Of a DNA stretch of 64,000 bases, positions 1-14,137 are shown piece by piece. The notes under the pieces are model-generated. The model searched no databases, had not been told where the DNA came from, and saw nothing but the letters and a program-made list of their open reading frames with translations. The stretch comes from Eledone cirrhosa. Taxonomy: Eukaryota. Location: NCBI GenBank assembly GCA_964016885.1, contig OZ024746.1, forward strand, positions 62,744,001 through 62,808,000, in the 5' to 3' direction. Each line of letters begins with the position of its first letter. Within the stretch, counting starts at the first letter, position 1. Both the position numbers and the translations under genes were made by a program.

Positions 1-2517
1 TTAATAATGTGAAAAGTTAGTTATGTTATTAATTCTCTTCAAATTATTGACAATTTTCAAAGTTATTTGAAAAACATAGGCAGTATCTTTCATTATAAAT
101 ATAGTCACTGCTGCAAGGAAACGTGTGTAGGCAAGAAATTCCAGAAGGATAACCTTCTGGAGAAGAACAACTAGGTATAGTGGCTAAATAAATCAGTAGA
201 GATAACATGGGAACAACCAAGTTTGAGGAACAGAAGCTAGTGTAGTAGTAATAAATCATTCAACTGTTTGCTCTAACTTGCCTAACTATAACGAAAGAAA
301 GATTTCATTTCCACTTCACAATAGAGTGGTTATGAAGGTCAACTCTGTGTAACTCTTTCAAACTTTATTATATCTGTCAACAATAACAATAAAAGAGAAA
401 AAGTTACAAAGCAACAAGTATTATTTATTATTATTGACTTAATATTTTGGGTATCTACTGCAAGTGTAGATCTTCACAATAGTTATCACAACTGTAATCT
501 CAGCTATCAACAAAGCAAAAGGCAAAAAGAGACATAAAGATATATAATGAAAATAATCTAATGTAGAAAACAGTATTTTGTCAATTTCCTATACAATTTA
601 AAAGGTTAACAATTATCTATATCTTGAATACTTGGTAAAATGATCACAAAGTGATCTGAGGGATTTATTTATCCAAGCTCTAATATTTCATGGACTGCAA
701 TTGTTTGCATGTGAAGGGAAACAGTAAAAATTAGTGTTAACATGGGGTGGAAATGGTCAAAATATTTGCTAATTACCCACGCTTTTTAAGTTACATGCTT
801 AAAATGCAAATTCATGTTAAAAGATGTACAAACAAATACATGATTTCTCTGTTTTATTTCACAACTGGGATGTATGGAAGATGTTGATTAAAATGTGTAA
901 TAGGAGAGCCATTCGAAGAGAAAAAACAACAGGGATATAATAAAACTATATAATTCAATAGGTTAAGCCTAGCCACCTGACATGAAATAATTTTATACTA
1001 TAGTTCATTAAAAGTGAGGCTACAGGCCAAGCTCTCAAGTCCCTGAATATTTATCTGCAACAAGGTCATCATCATCAACAGTCAAGTAAATTTCAAATCC
1101 TGACATTTTTTTACATTAAAAAGAAATTAAAACAACAGACAACTACTATTTATTTGATATGCCAACAGCAATATCTCCTAAGCAAAAGATAAAGAGGACT
1201 TATTAGATAATGAAATACACACATCATACTACAAAAGATAAAAAAAAAAATCTTCTGAAATGACAAGTCAAACCATAGGTTGTGATTGCTATTGTTCTGT
1301 TGTTTAGCTTTGTTTTTCCAGTCCAGCATAACAAAATGAAAACTAATCAAGTTAAATAGCAATGGTTTTCTTAACTCCCTAATAGGGGAGTTATAAGGAG
1401 TGCTTACGGATAATTACCGGCTACATTAGCAATAAGAGATCTCGTTTCTAAACACTAAGCAATGAAAATGAAACTGTGAAAACAAAGGATTAGCTAAAGT
1501 GCTACACTGTAACACCAGTGTTGTTACAGTATTGGCTTACCATTCACAAACTTGCTCTACAGGTTAATTACTCTGGCTGAGTCTATAAAAACCTCAATCA
1601 TCTTATTGATACTCGAAATCTATTTGAAGCTGATTGACACTCAAGCTAATTTCAGACCAGTGTTTTGTATAGTTTTTCTTTGCTATTATCTTTCTTGGTT
1701 TATTGACAGTAATGTGATTATTTCTTAACCTTGTTATTGTTGTTGTTGTTGTCCATTCATAAGTAGTGATAAGAATAATTTTGATAACGATGCCTTTTTC
1801 AGTTAATACTTAAATTTTATATATTAAAAGTACACAGAAAATAGATTGTCTGTTGATTGGTCAGAGATTTTGTAATTGTTTTTGTATCACTTAGTCATGG
1901 GGACAGTCTGTGCCCCTGGCCCTTCCCAGTGGGGGGCTTTCAGACTTGGCCTGAATGTTTGCAATAAAGCCATCTGAGAGCCAGGAAGTGGTGTTAAACT
2001 GGGTGACCAATTAAGACTATCCTCCAAATAAACCATGGCAAGATCTGAATAACTCCCCATATTGCACCACCCCTACATGGCTACATAGGAGAATGAAAGG
2101 TAAATTTAACCTGAGCTGGGTTTGAACTCAGTGTGCAGAGGTTGGAATTTGGTTTCTGAATATAACTCAACATTAGATTTTTAATTCTCTCAACTTTAAA
2201 AATAATACCAGAATACCGAGGGTTAAAGGTTTGTCTGAGTCTAAACTAATGGAGGTACATAACTGAGTGATTAAAGTATTGGACTCATAGTCATACAGTT
2301 ATAGGTTCAATTCCTAGATCAAATGGCATGTTGTGTTCTTGAGCAAGATGCTTTATTTCATATTGCTTTTCATGATAGGACTTGTGGCCCCATCATTAAA
2401 ACACCCAAGAAACCTTCTATGAAATGCAACTTTATAGGAGGCCAGCTAAACTTGCATATGTAGATGTAAATTTGTTTGTTTTTTACATTTCATAACCCGA
2501 CACTGGATATTGAACAA

Positions 2518-3548
2518 GTAGAATACTGTGGTAATATTAAGTTAATATAACACACCTAGTGGAATACTGTGGTAATATAATACACCTAGTGGAATACTGT
2601 GGTAATACTGTGATAATATAACACACCTAGTGGAATACTGTGGTAATATAAAACACCTAGTGGAATACTGTGGTAATATAACACACCTAGTGGAATACTG
2701 TGGTAATACTGTGATAATATAACACACCTAGTGGAATACTGGAGTAATATAACACACCTAGTGGAAAACTGGTAATACTGTGATAATATAACACAGCTAG
2801 TGGAATACTGTGATATTATAACACACCTAGTCGAATACTGTGGTAATATTAACACATCAAGTGGAATATTGTGGTAATATTAACACATCAAGTGGAATAT
2901 TGTGGTAATATTAACACATCAAGTGGAATATTGTGGTAATATTAACACATCAAGTGGAATATTGTGGTAATATAACACATCAAGTGGAATATTGTGGTAA
3001 TATAACACATCAAGTGGAATATTGTGGTAATATAACACATCAAGTGGAATACTGTGGTAATATAACACATCAAGTGGTAATATTGTGGTAATATTAACAC
3101 ATCAAGTGGAATACTGTGGTAATATAACACATCAAGTGGTAATATTGTGGTAATATAACACATCAAGTGGTAATACTGTGGTAATATTAACACATCAAGT
3201 GGAATACTGTGGTAATATAACACATCAAGTGGTAATAGCGTGGTAATATAACACATCAAGTGGTAATACTGTGGTAATATTAACACATCAAGTGGTAATA
3301 TTAACACATCAAGTGGAATAGTGTGGTAATATAACACATCAAGTGGTAATACTGTGGTAATATAACACATCAAGTGGTAATAGTGTGGTAATATTAACAC
3401 ATCAAGTGGTAATACTGTGGTAATATTAACACACCAAGTGGAATACTGTGGTAATATAACACATCAAGTGGTAATACTGTGGTAATATTAACACATCAAG
3501 TGGAATACTGTGGTAATATAACACATCAAGTGGTAATATTGTGGTAAT
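2518..3548. repeat. ~30-bp minisatellite (consensus AGTGGAATACTGTGGTAATATAACACATCA)
   Basis: About 30 or more head-to-tail copies with small indels and no unique spacers. Confidence 0.95.
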
Positions 3549-3747
3549 GTAAGTTTTTTAATCCTGGATTTGAAATTGGTTCTTCAAACTGAAATGGAAA
3601 CAGTCTTGCTGAATCATGATGTTACAACTAAATTAAATTAGAAATATTATACCTCCTTTTTATATTTTGTGCTCTCACTTTACATGTGTAGACATATATA
3701 AGGCTTAACTTGTTTATTTTCAATACTGTAATATATATAGGGCTGTA

Positions 3748-3805
<58 letters not shown>

Positions 3806-3879
3806 ACAGCTCACACCTATGCAGGTTTAGCTGGCCTCCTCCAAGGTATGCCTTGGAGGTGTCTTGGGTGATTTAATGA

Positions 3880-4045
3880 TAGGGATCCCAGTCCTATCAT
3901 CTCATTTCTACAGCTGAGTAAACTGGAGCAATGTGAAATAAAGTGTTTTGCTCAAGGAAACAACACATCACCTGGTCCAAGAATTGAACTCACAACCTTT
4001 CGATTGCAAGCCCAATGCTCTAACAACTAAGCCATGCACCTTCAC
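3880..4045 (-). mobile_element. tRNA-derived SINE, family B (head and central domain)
   Basis: Minus strand reads TGGCTTAGTTGTTAGAGC...GAGTTCAATTC (Pol III A/B boxes) then CCTTGAGCAAAACACTTTATTTCACATTGCTCCAG; homologous to 63392-63730. Confidence 0.85.
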
Positions 4046-4070
4046 ATTATATATATTATACACACACAGA

Positions 4071-4116
<46 letters not shown>

Positions 4117-4340
4117 GTACATATATGCATAGATATAGGGCTTTACTTGTATATTTTCAATACTGTAATATAGATTATATACATACATATATTATATATA
4201 TATAAGGCTTTACTTGTTTATTTTCAATACTGTAATATAGATTATATATACATATATATATATATATGGCTTTACTTGTTTATTTTCAATACAGTAATAT
4301 AGATATTATATATATATATATATATATATACATACATATA

Positions 4341-4640
4341 TGGTTGTGAGTTCAATTCTCAGACCGGGTGATGTGTTGTTTCCTTGAGCAAGACACTTTA
4401 TTTCACATTGCTCCAGTTTCCTCAGCTGTAGAAATGAGATGATAGGGACTGGGGTCCCTATCATTCCACTGCAAAGTGGTCGTGGCGGTGCCACGGCAAA
4501 AAAGCACCCAGCACTCACTGTAAATGAGGTTGGTGTTAGGAAGGGCATCCAGCTGTAGAAATCAAGCCAGAATCTGTTCCCGTCCCACCCTTGCAAGCAG
4601 GGAAAAGCGGACATAAAATGAAATGATGATGAAAATGATG
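4341..4640 (+). mobile_element. 5'-truncated SINE, family B, with RTE-like 3' tail
   Basis: Near-identical to 63437-63730; B box, central domain, GGTTGGTGTTAGGAAGGGCATCCAGC and (GAT)n tail. Confidence 0.85.
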
Positions 4641-4777
4641 TTATAGCTTTACTTGTTTATTTTCAATACGGTAATATAGATCAACTCATACTTTCCACGT
4701 TATCTCACTAAGTAAAAGACATTTAAAATTAGTGTGAAATGTAAGTTTTCTGTATTGTAGGCATTTTTAACCTTTCT

Positions 4778-4900
4778 ATTCTGAGTTCAAATCCCACCGA
4801 GGTTAACTTTGCCTTTCATCCTTACGGGGGTCGATAAAATAAAGTACCAGTAATGTACTGGGTAATTGCTGGCCTTGTGCCAAAAGTAGAAACAATTATT
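4778..4900 (+). mobile_element. 5'-truncated SINE, family A (Nin-like core, (ATT)n tail)
   Basis: GAGTTCAAATCC B box, GCCTTTCATCCTTACGGGG.TCGATAAAATAAAGTACCAG core, GGCCTTGTGCCAAAAGTAGAAACAATTATT end. Confidence 0.85.
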
Positions 4901-5740
4901 TTCTATTGTTATTATTTTACTTTCTGATATTTTTTCAATGTTTAGTTTTTTCTGTAAATGTACTCTCAAACATTAAATAGATGTAATCATAAAGAAATCA
5001 GTTTTATTATATATATATGTGTGTGAGATATATATATATATATATATATCACTAGTGTAATTTGTTTAAGTTATTTATGAACCTGGGAAATGCTTCAGTA
5101 CTTGCTACTCATATAAAATATAAAAATATTGAAATAAAATATAAAATATTAGTAGTAAGTGAATGGGTATTGAAACTGAAGCACAGGCATTGTGCTGTGC
5201 TGTGTCCTTGGGGAAATCATAACAAAATTATTTCACTAACTGGAAAATAGGTAACAGTCCTAGTTTAATATGATGATTGAGTATTCAGTAGTAAGTACTA
5301 GCATGCAAGAATAGAGAGCAGACAAAAAAAATAAATACACACCACCCCCCTCCCATTTCCGATACTAAAACAATGAAGATGATGAATGGGAGTTAATCTA
5401 GAAATAAATTGGACAAGACTATTGTGTTGTGGTTCAGCAATAAAATACTGGAATAGAAGCATGGAAAACATTAAGGATTTTCATTTGTAAATTCAAATCC
5501 AACTATTGTTACCATACATACTCTATACGCGTATATAAGCCAAGAAATATTTAGTTTTATAATCATGCAAATTGCCAAAAATTATTTAGAACTGTCCATG
5601 TGTATATTCCAAGTTCTCAGCACCACCATCACTGCTAGAGGTCAAGCTAAAGACAAGACAGATGTTTGCATCAACCATGCACATGCTATATTTTATTGTC
5701 TTCAGGGCTAATTCTGGTCTAGTTGAGAGATCCATCTGAC

Positions 5741-5953
5741 CACAAATATTGGCATCTATTGAGCACTTATTAACACCATACATAGCTGCAAGACATGACA
5801 CAAATATCGGCCTCTATTGAGCACTCATTAACAGCATATATGGCTGCGAGACACAACCGATGAAGTGACATCTGACTACAAATTTCAACATCTAATGAGC
5901 ACTCATTTATCCCATACTTTTCAATGGTTATGAGACATGACCGATGAAGTGAC
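5741..5953. repeat. Degenerate 58-78 bp tandem repeat (3 copies)
   Basis: Recurring ACAAAT...TCTA(T/A)TGAGCACT(T/C)ATT...AGACA motif. Confidence 0.6.
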
Positions 5954-6205
5954 AAATTTACACAAATTTGAGAAGTTTATGACCACTTTTGTCACCGTCA
6001 CATCCTTCATATTCAAACATTGTATTTTGTGCTAAACTTCGAGATTCGTCATTGCCGTTTCAATGATTTCCACCAACAACTCTTACTCAAAAAACACCTC
6101 TGTTTGGTTCGGCCACTCACAAGGTGAATCCATCTGTGATCTAGTCGCACCTGAGTCCCTTCTAGGATGGACATAAACAGTGGAGCAAACTGTTGAAAAC
6201 ACAGA

Positions 6206-6386
6206 TGAATTGGCAGTATTGGTAGAGGGTCAGACATGCTTTCCAGCGTAGTTACATCCCTTTACGATCTGAGTTCAAATTCCGCCGAGGTTAACTTTGC
6301 CTTTCATCCTTACAGGGTCGATAAAATAAAGTACCAGTAATACACTGGGTAATTGCTGGCCTTGTGCCAAAAGTAGAAACAATTAT
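6206..6386 (+). mobile_element. SINE, family A
   Basis: TGGCAGTATTGGTAGAG A-box-like head, B box, core and tail as in other copies. Confidence 0.9.
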
Positions 6387-6780
6387 CATGTATATAATGT
6401 CTGCCATTGGAATCAAATATCTGATAGTGCCATGCATTTTACAACCATTTTCTCTGCTAAATCAGAGGTTAACCTTGCAGACCTTGTAACAAGCTTCACA
6501 TCATGGAGTCTTTTTTTGAGACAATGTTTTACAGCCAGTTGCTCTTCCTGGCACCAACTTCTTACAACTCACGATATGGCATAACTACTCTAAACCAGAT
6601 TGACATTGTACATATAATTATTTTTAATTTAGGCAGAAGGCCAGCAATTTCAGAGAGGAGAAAGTTAATTAAATTGACCCTAGTTGTTGACTGGTATTTT
6701 ATCAACCCCAGAAGGTTGAAAGGCAAAGTTGATTACAGCAATATTTGAACTCAAAATGGAAAGTATTTTATCCAATTCTA

Positions 6781-7455
6781 ATAATTGTTTCTACTTTTGG
6801 CACAAGGCCAGCAATTATCCCAATTTATCGACCCCGTAAGGAAGAAAGGCAAAGTTAACCTCGGCAGGATTTGAACTCAGAATGGCAAGGGCTGTAACTC
6901 TATGCGTCAAAGCATGGCGTCCGACTCTCTACCGATACTGCCAATCCACCGCCAATTCTAATAATGCTATCAATCCACCATCCTCACAATACATATAATT
7001 TCTTATATCGGCACAAGATCAGAATACAGGAGGCAACAGGTTAAATCATATAAATTCACCCCAAAAAGATGAAAGGCAAAGTTAACCTAAAGGAGAATTA
7101 AATGCATGACATAAAGAGCCAGACCAAATAATTGTTTCTACTTTTTTGGCACAAGGCCAGCAATTACCCAGTACATTACTGGTACTTTATTTTATCGACC
7201 CCGTAAGGATGAAAGGCAAAGTTAACCTCGGCGGGATTTGAACTCAAACCGTAAAGGGACGTAACTATGCTGGAAAGCATGGCATCCGATCTTCTACCGA
7301 TACTGCCACCAGAACAAATAATTGTTTCTACTTTAGGCACAAGACCAGCAATTACCCAGTACAAATAATTGTTTCTACTTTTGGCACAAGGCCAGCAATT
7401 ACCCAATGCATTACTGGTACTTTATTCTATCAACCCCGGAAGGATGAAAGGCAAA
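6781..7455 (-). mobile_element. Cluster of family A SINEs (6781-6953, 7128-7309, tail fragments to 7455)
   Basis: Reverse complements of the family A consensus. Confidence 0.85.
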
Positions 7456-7524
7456 TGCTAGGCAGTTTGCCTAACACTAACAATTCTGCCAATCCACCAC
7501 ACCAAACCTCCCCAAATTTATATT

Positions 7525-7900
7525 ATCATCCTGATTTTCCATACTTGCAAGGGTTGGATGGGTCTTTTCCAGCACAACCTTCCTTCATCTTCCCTGTGAA
7601 GTTCAGCATTTTGAGATCCACTCTCACCACCTCTTCCCAAGTCTTCCTCTACTGCAGCTTTCTTCCACTTGGAACTCCTTCACCCAACAATCATCATCTA
7701 TATGCATCACATATCCATATCAGTGAAGTCTACTAACTTCCATACTACGTCTGATCCCTCTTATACCTAGTTTCTCTCTCAGCTCATTCATGCATATCAA
7801 TATCACATATTCATCACAAGTATGCTCCCGTCATTTCTCTTCAGCCTTTGCATAACCTCTGCATTTAGTGCCCATGTTTCACTCCCATGCAGGCATCGTT
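7525..7900 (-). mobile_element. Degenerate RTE-clade LINE 3' fragment
   Basis: Homologous to 29560-29860 (CTGATCCCTCTTAT, GCCCATGTTTCACTCCCATGCAG). Confidence 0.7.
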
Positions 7901-9904
7901 ACAATATGTAGTAACTCCATGAATTTTTTCCATCCTGTTCTTATTCTAGCAAGAATGCACTGCAATGCTAATTAGGTCTCCTGGGTAGAAGTTATTACCT
8001 ACTTCTATGGAGCCTTTCCAAGATTGGAAAAAGTTCATTTCACTGGGGATCTTACTACTAACTACCCCTGTGCATTTTTCATATATAAAGTTTACCTTTT
8101 CTGCTTGTCTACAATCCCACTACATCTCATGTACCTACATTTTACACTGTATGTGAACCAACAAGGTCTTACTCCCTGGTTGTATAACTTGTTAGAAATG
8201 GTAAACAAATATCCCTCAAACCACAAATTGATCTTCATGGTGCCAAGATGGTAATCAACTGTAGAAAAACTTCATTAGAAAGTCTCAGCCAACTTGACAT
8301 AATGATGATGATATATTGGATAGTATAATCCTAGATCAGGGGCTGGGTTGATGGAAAACATACATGTGGGTAACAGAAATGAAAACATCAAGGAATGAAC
8401 AAAGAGGGCCCTGGCAGAATGTACAAATACAAAGAATGATGGTTGTATCTGAAGACTGACCATGAGGATGGGATTTTATCATTATTATTAATCCTAGCAA
8501 TACTGTCTGAACAACAAAAGATGGAATGGTCACAAATGGAATACCTTTAGATCAAAATGTTTGCATGACCAGAGTTGACTTGTGGCTAAACAACAACAAC
8601 CAGTTTATATGCCAGCATAAACTAAGTGATTGTGATATCTTCAAGGTGCACAGCCATAGGGTACTGCACCCATCTTTTTACAAACTAGGCTGCTTTGGTA
8701 TGATGTATAGTGTAATGTATATGTGAAAAATGAACAATGTATGTTTGGATTTAGGGGGTATAGTAGGAGTGATAGAAGGGTGGTCTGTTGGTTATGTATT
8801 GGATCAATGTAGTTTCAGTGAAGAGGCAGATATTTTAGGTGTATTAGGAGAGACTCACACACACCAAACATGCTAATTTTTCTTTATAATAATTCTATTC
8901 TTGCAGTATTATGATAAAACCCGATCATTTGTTTTCAAATCTAATGATTAAACACACTCAGAAACAAAGATTAAATCAAGTTGAAGGTATATTATATATA
9001 GAAACAACCAAACTAAAGTAAAATGTAGCTATTCACTATCTTAGTTATATTGCCAAAGAAACAAAGACTCAGTAGAGTAGTGAGACTGTTGAGACTTGTG
9101 GGGACACAAGGAAACCTGTTAAGTGGTTGGTGGGCAAACAGAACCTAATATAGTATCAAGAACTGATTTGTCTGACTGAGGACATAACTTCTTTAGTGAA
9201 GTTGTTGGTGTTAGGAAAGGTATCCAGCTATAGAAACCATGCCAAAATTGATTTCATATATAAATACAAGGTCATAGATTTCAGAGTAGGACCCATGCTA
9301 GCATGGAAGATAGACATTAAACGGTGATGATGATGATGGAACCAGTATTTCACTGGTACTTATTTTATTGGCACAGGAAAGATTAAAAGCATTATGAACC
9401 TTGGTAAAATTTGAACTCAGAAAAATAGCCACAACTAAATTCCTGCAAGGTATTTTGTCCAACAATTTATGCTAAGGATAAAAATAAATTCAATTCCTCC
9501 ACACTGGCATAAGTTAGACTATTTCATATGGGTATCAAGGATATGACAAGACTACTGGCTTCTTGAATAAGACAGCTAATATATAGGCCATCATTTAACA
9601 TCTATTTTCCATGCTTGCATGGGTTAAACAAGTTGTCACATTCTGAGACTAAACTGGCTAGGTGACAATATTTAGGTCATACATTCCATTTTTGGCATGG
9701 TTTCTATGGCTGGATGCCCATGGATAAGCTCTTTATAGATTAAAAGTTATAGAAATAAATGGTAACCAACATAATAGACAGTTCTGAAGATAGTTACCTG
9801 AAGAACATTCACCTGATGTTTCATTCATTACAGTACATTGCCAGAGATTGGCATAGTTAACTACCAATGATACAACAACGTACACTTACTAGAGAAACTG
9901 ATGC

Positions 9905-10070
9905 AGTCACCCTACCTACTAGAAATAGCAGCCAAATCCCCCCACAAACTACACTACCATCTTAAAAGAGAAGTCCTAGATACAAGATGGTATCGCCATG
10001 ATTGAAACACCTTTGATCACAGCCCTGTTTAATAAGGGTTGACTGACTTGAGCTGAAACAACAAGGCTAG
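9905..10070 (+). repeat. Interspersed repeat with GAAATAGCAGCCAA motif (related copies near 13150-13330 and 17920-18070)
   Basis: Recurring CTAGAAATAGCAGCCAA...C(T)TAAAA...CCTTTGAT pattern. Confidence 0.5.
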
Positions 10071-11077
10071 AATAGGGTAATTTCAAAATAAAATTACAAT
10101 AGAAATAATTAAGAAAACCTTAAACAAATTAACTCGCTAACAATACAGTTCTATATCTAGAGAAATCCTAAATAGGGTTAAAAGGTGAAACTGATTAAAA
10201 TCCTAATCCCAACATAAAACTTATGATCATATCTACAAACTTGGCAAACCCATAGAGTGAAAATGAAACACAGTCATGACTACATGGTTAAAAGTCATTC
10301 TTCATAACAAGATGGTTCATGGTTCAATCCTACTACATGGCACTTTCGATTCAGATTGACTGATTAATACATTGAGAGTTGAATTTGGGAAGTGGAAACT
10401 GTGTGGAAGCCCACTGTAAAACAGCATGAGCAATGTGATGAGACAGCAATAGAGATGTGCCATAGTAGAAGGCAAATAATGGATAGCAAGAGATGTGTGA
10501 TGATAATTAGGAGTGATATTTGCCAACTAAGTGCCTCAACTGAACTCACTTATCAACACACTTCTCAGTTACTATATATCAATAACAGTACACAAAAAAA
10601 AGAAGACATTGATATCTATCAGTGAGGAAAACTGAAAAACCAGTACTTTTTATTAGTGACATTTGTTCTGCATTGAATGACAGACACTCCTTTGTCACAC
10701 TATCAGGAATGCAATGAACCTGTGATTGACCCAGAAACCAATAACCAATGATGCTATTGGTACCTCATTGTGATACCTAAAACAACTTTTTAAAGTTCCA
10801 CTAGTGTAACTAGTTGGTCAAAATATACTAAACTGAAGCTTATCACTTGATTCTATTAGAGTTGAAAACCTGCTATGGTCAACTTAATATTTCAGCAGCA
10901 GTTATAGAAAATATCATTTTAAAAATTGGTGTGCTCACTGATATATAAGAAGGATGAAAACATCAGCAAGTAAACTGAAAAAACCAGTGTTTTTTTTAAT
11001 GAAGTTCCTTATGATATTTGTTCTGCACTGGATTACAAATACTCCCTTGTTATTCACATATCCTTGTATGATGTAAG

Positions 11078-11320
11078 TGGTGACTAAAATGGTTGGCATC
11101 AAGAAGGGTTTCCATCCATAAAAGACTGCTGCAAAGATTGGCATCAGAAATGGTATCCATCCATAAAAGACTTGCAAAGATTGGCATCAGAAATGGTATC
11201 CATCCATAAAAGACTTGCAAAAATTGGCATCAGGAAGGGTTTCTATCCACAAAATACTGCTGTAAAGGTTTAACCAACCAATTGTGAAAAAAACTGACAT
11301 AAAAACGATGATGATGATTG
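11078..11320 (+). repeat. RTE-type 3' tail with internal ~43-46 bp tandem amplification
   Basis: Four copies of TTGGCATCA...CCATCCATAAAAGACT followed by AAAACGATGATGATG. Confidence 0.7.
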
Positions 11321-11629
11321 AAGAAATTCAGTTTCTGAATCACTAACACCTGTTTAATTAGCTGATGCAGCTAATTATTAGCCAAGGATTATCGAGACAT
11401 ACTTTCTACCCACCATCTATGACAGCCAGTATGTTGTATTACAACCTCTACCTAACCCCTCATCTCTTTCTTCTCTCATCATCTATTTTGTACCGCCAAG
11501 GTTAGCACTAATTATTATGTCCCATCCTTTCACACCAAAATGTCAACCATCAAAAATTAATTCTCTCACCCATATGTTCCCTCCATTTGTTCAAGTCATT
11601 CATCAACCATATCAACCTGAGTGAGCTTG

Positions 11630-11950
11630 CTAAGGGCATCGATGCAGTCACTGAGGGCATGGGTGCAGTCACAGTGGAACTTCAAAGGTCACAGTCACAG
11701 AAAAACTGAGACAGCCACTAAGGAGTTGAGGTCTTTGAGGAGACCATAGGCAGCTACTGAGAGGGTCAGACAATCAATAGGGGTGAAGTCATTAAGAAGA
11801 CAACAGACAGCTACTGAGGGACTGAGAAGGTCAGACAGTAACTGGGACAGTGATGTCATTAGGACCACAGATAGTCACTGAGGGAGTGAGGCCACAGATA
11901 GTCATTGATGTCAGACACAGTGATTGATAGACTACAAAAGCCAGATACAC
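11630..11950. repeat. Degenerate short tandem repeat (CAG(T/C)CACTGAG-like)
   Basis: Repeated GTCACTGAGG / GCTACTGAGG motifs. Confidence 0.45.
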
Positions 11951-13951
11951 TCCCAACTATGAAAATGCTTGATAAATACTAACTAGAGTTATATATCTGA
12001 TTTAGCAAGGAAAATGGACATAAAACATTTGTTGTTTTATTTGTATAAGTTGAAAAATTATCATGCTGCAATTTAGCTCCAATACAGCCTTAATCCAGCA
12101 GACCAATCATCATCATTTAATGCCTGCTTTCCCTGCTAGCAAGGGTTGGACAGATCTACATAGGCCAGGTCAGTACTGACCTCTCAGACAGGCCTAGGGG
12201 GATCTTCATCTCATGCACAGTCTTACATTTTATTGAATGCACAACGGAGGTTGTGGCTTTTGACACAACTGAAGGGTCCTCCCAACCCTTTGTTTGGCAA
12301 GCTTGCTATGGCTAGATGCCCTTCCTATCACCAACCACTTTACAGTGTGTATTGGGTGCATTCATCACGTAGATCACGAATAATAGGGAGGTTGCCATGT
12401 CCTTGACACAATTGAAGGGTCCTCTCAACCCTTTGTTTAGCAAGATTTCTATGGCTGGATGTTGTTTGTATCACCAACCACTTTACAGCATCGTAAACAT
12501 CACATCTTGAAAGAGGGATTATATCTATTTAATATGTCCTTCCCATTTTTTGCATATGATTTGAAGAAGACTTCTGTTTCTACGAGGGGAAATGACCATA
12601 TAGCGTGCACTGTATTAGTAGGCTTTTGGCCCTATGTCAGCTCTGACCCAACAGACCTATGATCAAAAATATTTCAGTTGTGATAATCCCATTTTTTATT
12701 CAGATGTAACATCAGTGGTGGTACATGTATTTGTCCTTATTGTAATGTGATTAGCAGTAGGAAGGGCATCCTACAGTAAAAAACCTTGCTAAAATAAAAA
12801 GCAATTAGAAGAGATCTGAAATTTACAAGCTGCAGCACATGTAAATCTGAATAAAGATTTATGCAGGGCAGAGAAGAAGAACCAACATAAAATGGTAATT
12901 ATGGTATATGCAAGACTACATTACCTAATGTAGTCTCCTAAAACGATAAATAGGGTGTGATCTGGAGGATATTTGCCTGCAATTTCTAGTAGTCTGTACA
13001 ATGTATAGGCTCACGTGTTGGCTAGCAAAGATACCATTGTTATAACAGGAAAGTTAGTACAGGACAAATATGTTCAAACATAATGGCTGTGAACTGGACT
13101 ACTAATCACATGGTGGTCAAGAGTCGAAACCTTACTACTATAGCCAAATATGGGGTCAAAGTAGCCTTTTTGTGGTCACTTGATTAGAATAAGCAGTCAA
13201 CCTCAAACTTCCTTTAATAAATTCTAACATCTCAAAAAAAATGAAAAATTGGATGATGTAAACTGAAGTATATTATCTGTAAAAGAAGAAAAAAGATAGG
13301 AAAGTTATGGTTGGTATGCCTTTGATGTCAGCTCATCAAAGCTAACCTAGGGCTTCCATTCAACATTAAAAATGCAGGGTTTTGTCCCTTATCAAGAAAG
13401 TCTTGATACACATTGCACAAACCCTTACCCTTCAACAAAAATGTTTGTGTAAATAGCACTGCTTCATATTTACAGCCAAACTCTCCTTCAACACAGTCAC
13501 CAAGTTCAAAAACTACAATCACCTACCAATACGGTGACAGATCTTGCTCTTTCCGTTAATTCCATCAAAATCTTTAATCTTTCTTTCTCTCTACAGGGAT
13601 CTTTCTATATAGAATCACATGGTGAAGCACATTGTTCGGGAGATCTACTATCAACTACTAGGTCCCAATTCTCACTTTTAACATCTCAAAATTTTTTATA
13701 ACAATGAAAGACCCATCACCTTCCATTTCTTTCCTAACAGGCCACAGGAACAAAGCTGTAGAGCCTAACTTTACTTGAGGCCCTAAACACGTTTATTTTG
13801 CTTCATGGTTAATCCAGGGCTGCTACATAACACAACAATGGTATCTTGCCCTTGATATCATTAAACCCATCATGATAAGCTCAAAATTACATACCTCTTT
13901 ATAGAATAAGTTACTTGTCAGACCAATTTACTGCAGCAGCATACTCTAGCA

Positions 13952-14137
13952 AAGGCACGTCAAACATGCGGCCCTTTACAAGCACACCTGCAGCCCACTC
14001 AAAGATTTTTACAGCACAAGCATGTTCTATCTTTGTAATATAAAATGAAAACAAATAGTTGTAATTTTACTTGTGTGGCCCTCACAACACATATGTGGCC
14101 CATGTGGCTTCGGGGGACCCTCAGTTTGACATGCCTG
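13952..14137. mobile_element. hAT (Charlie-like) MITE
   Basis: TIRs AAGGCACGTCAAAC / GTTTGACATGCCTG; 8-bp TSD CTCTAGCA at 13944-13951 and 14138-14145. Confidence 0.85.

Noticed and set aside
44-259. 71-aa Cys-rich secreted peptide
   Set aside because: No recognisable homology; may be UTR or chance. Only a weak upstream splice acceptor supports an exon.
2518-3548. CRISPR array
   Set aside because: Repeats are contiguous with no unique spacers, there are no cas genes, and the context is eukaryotic.
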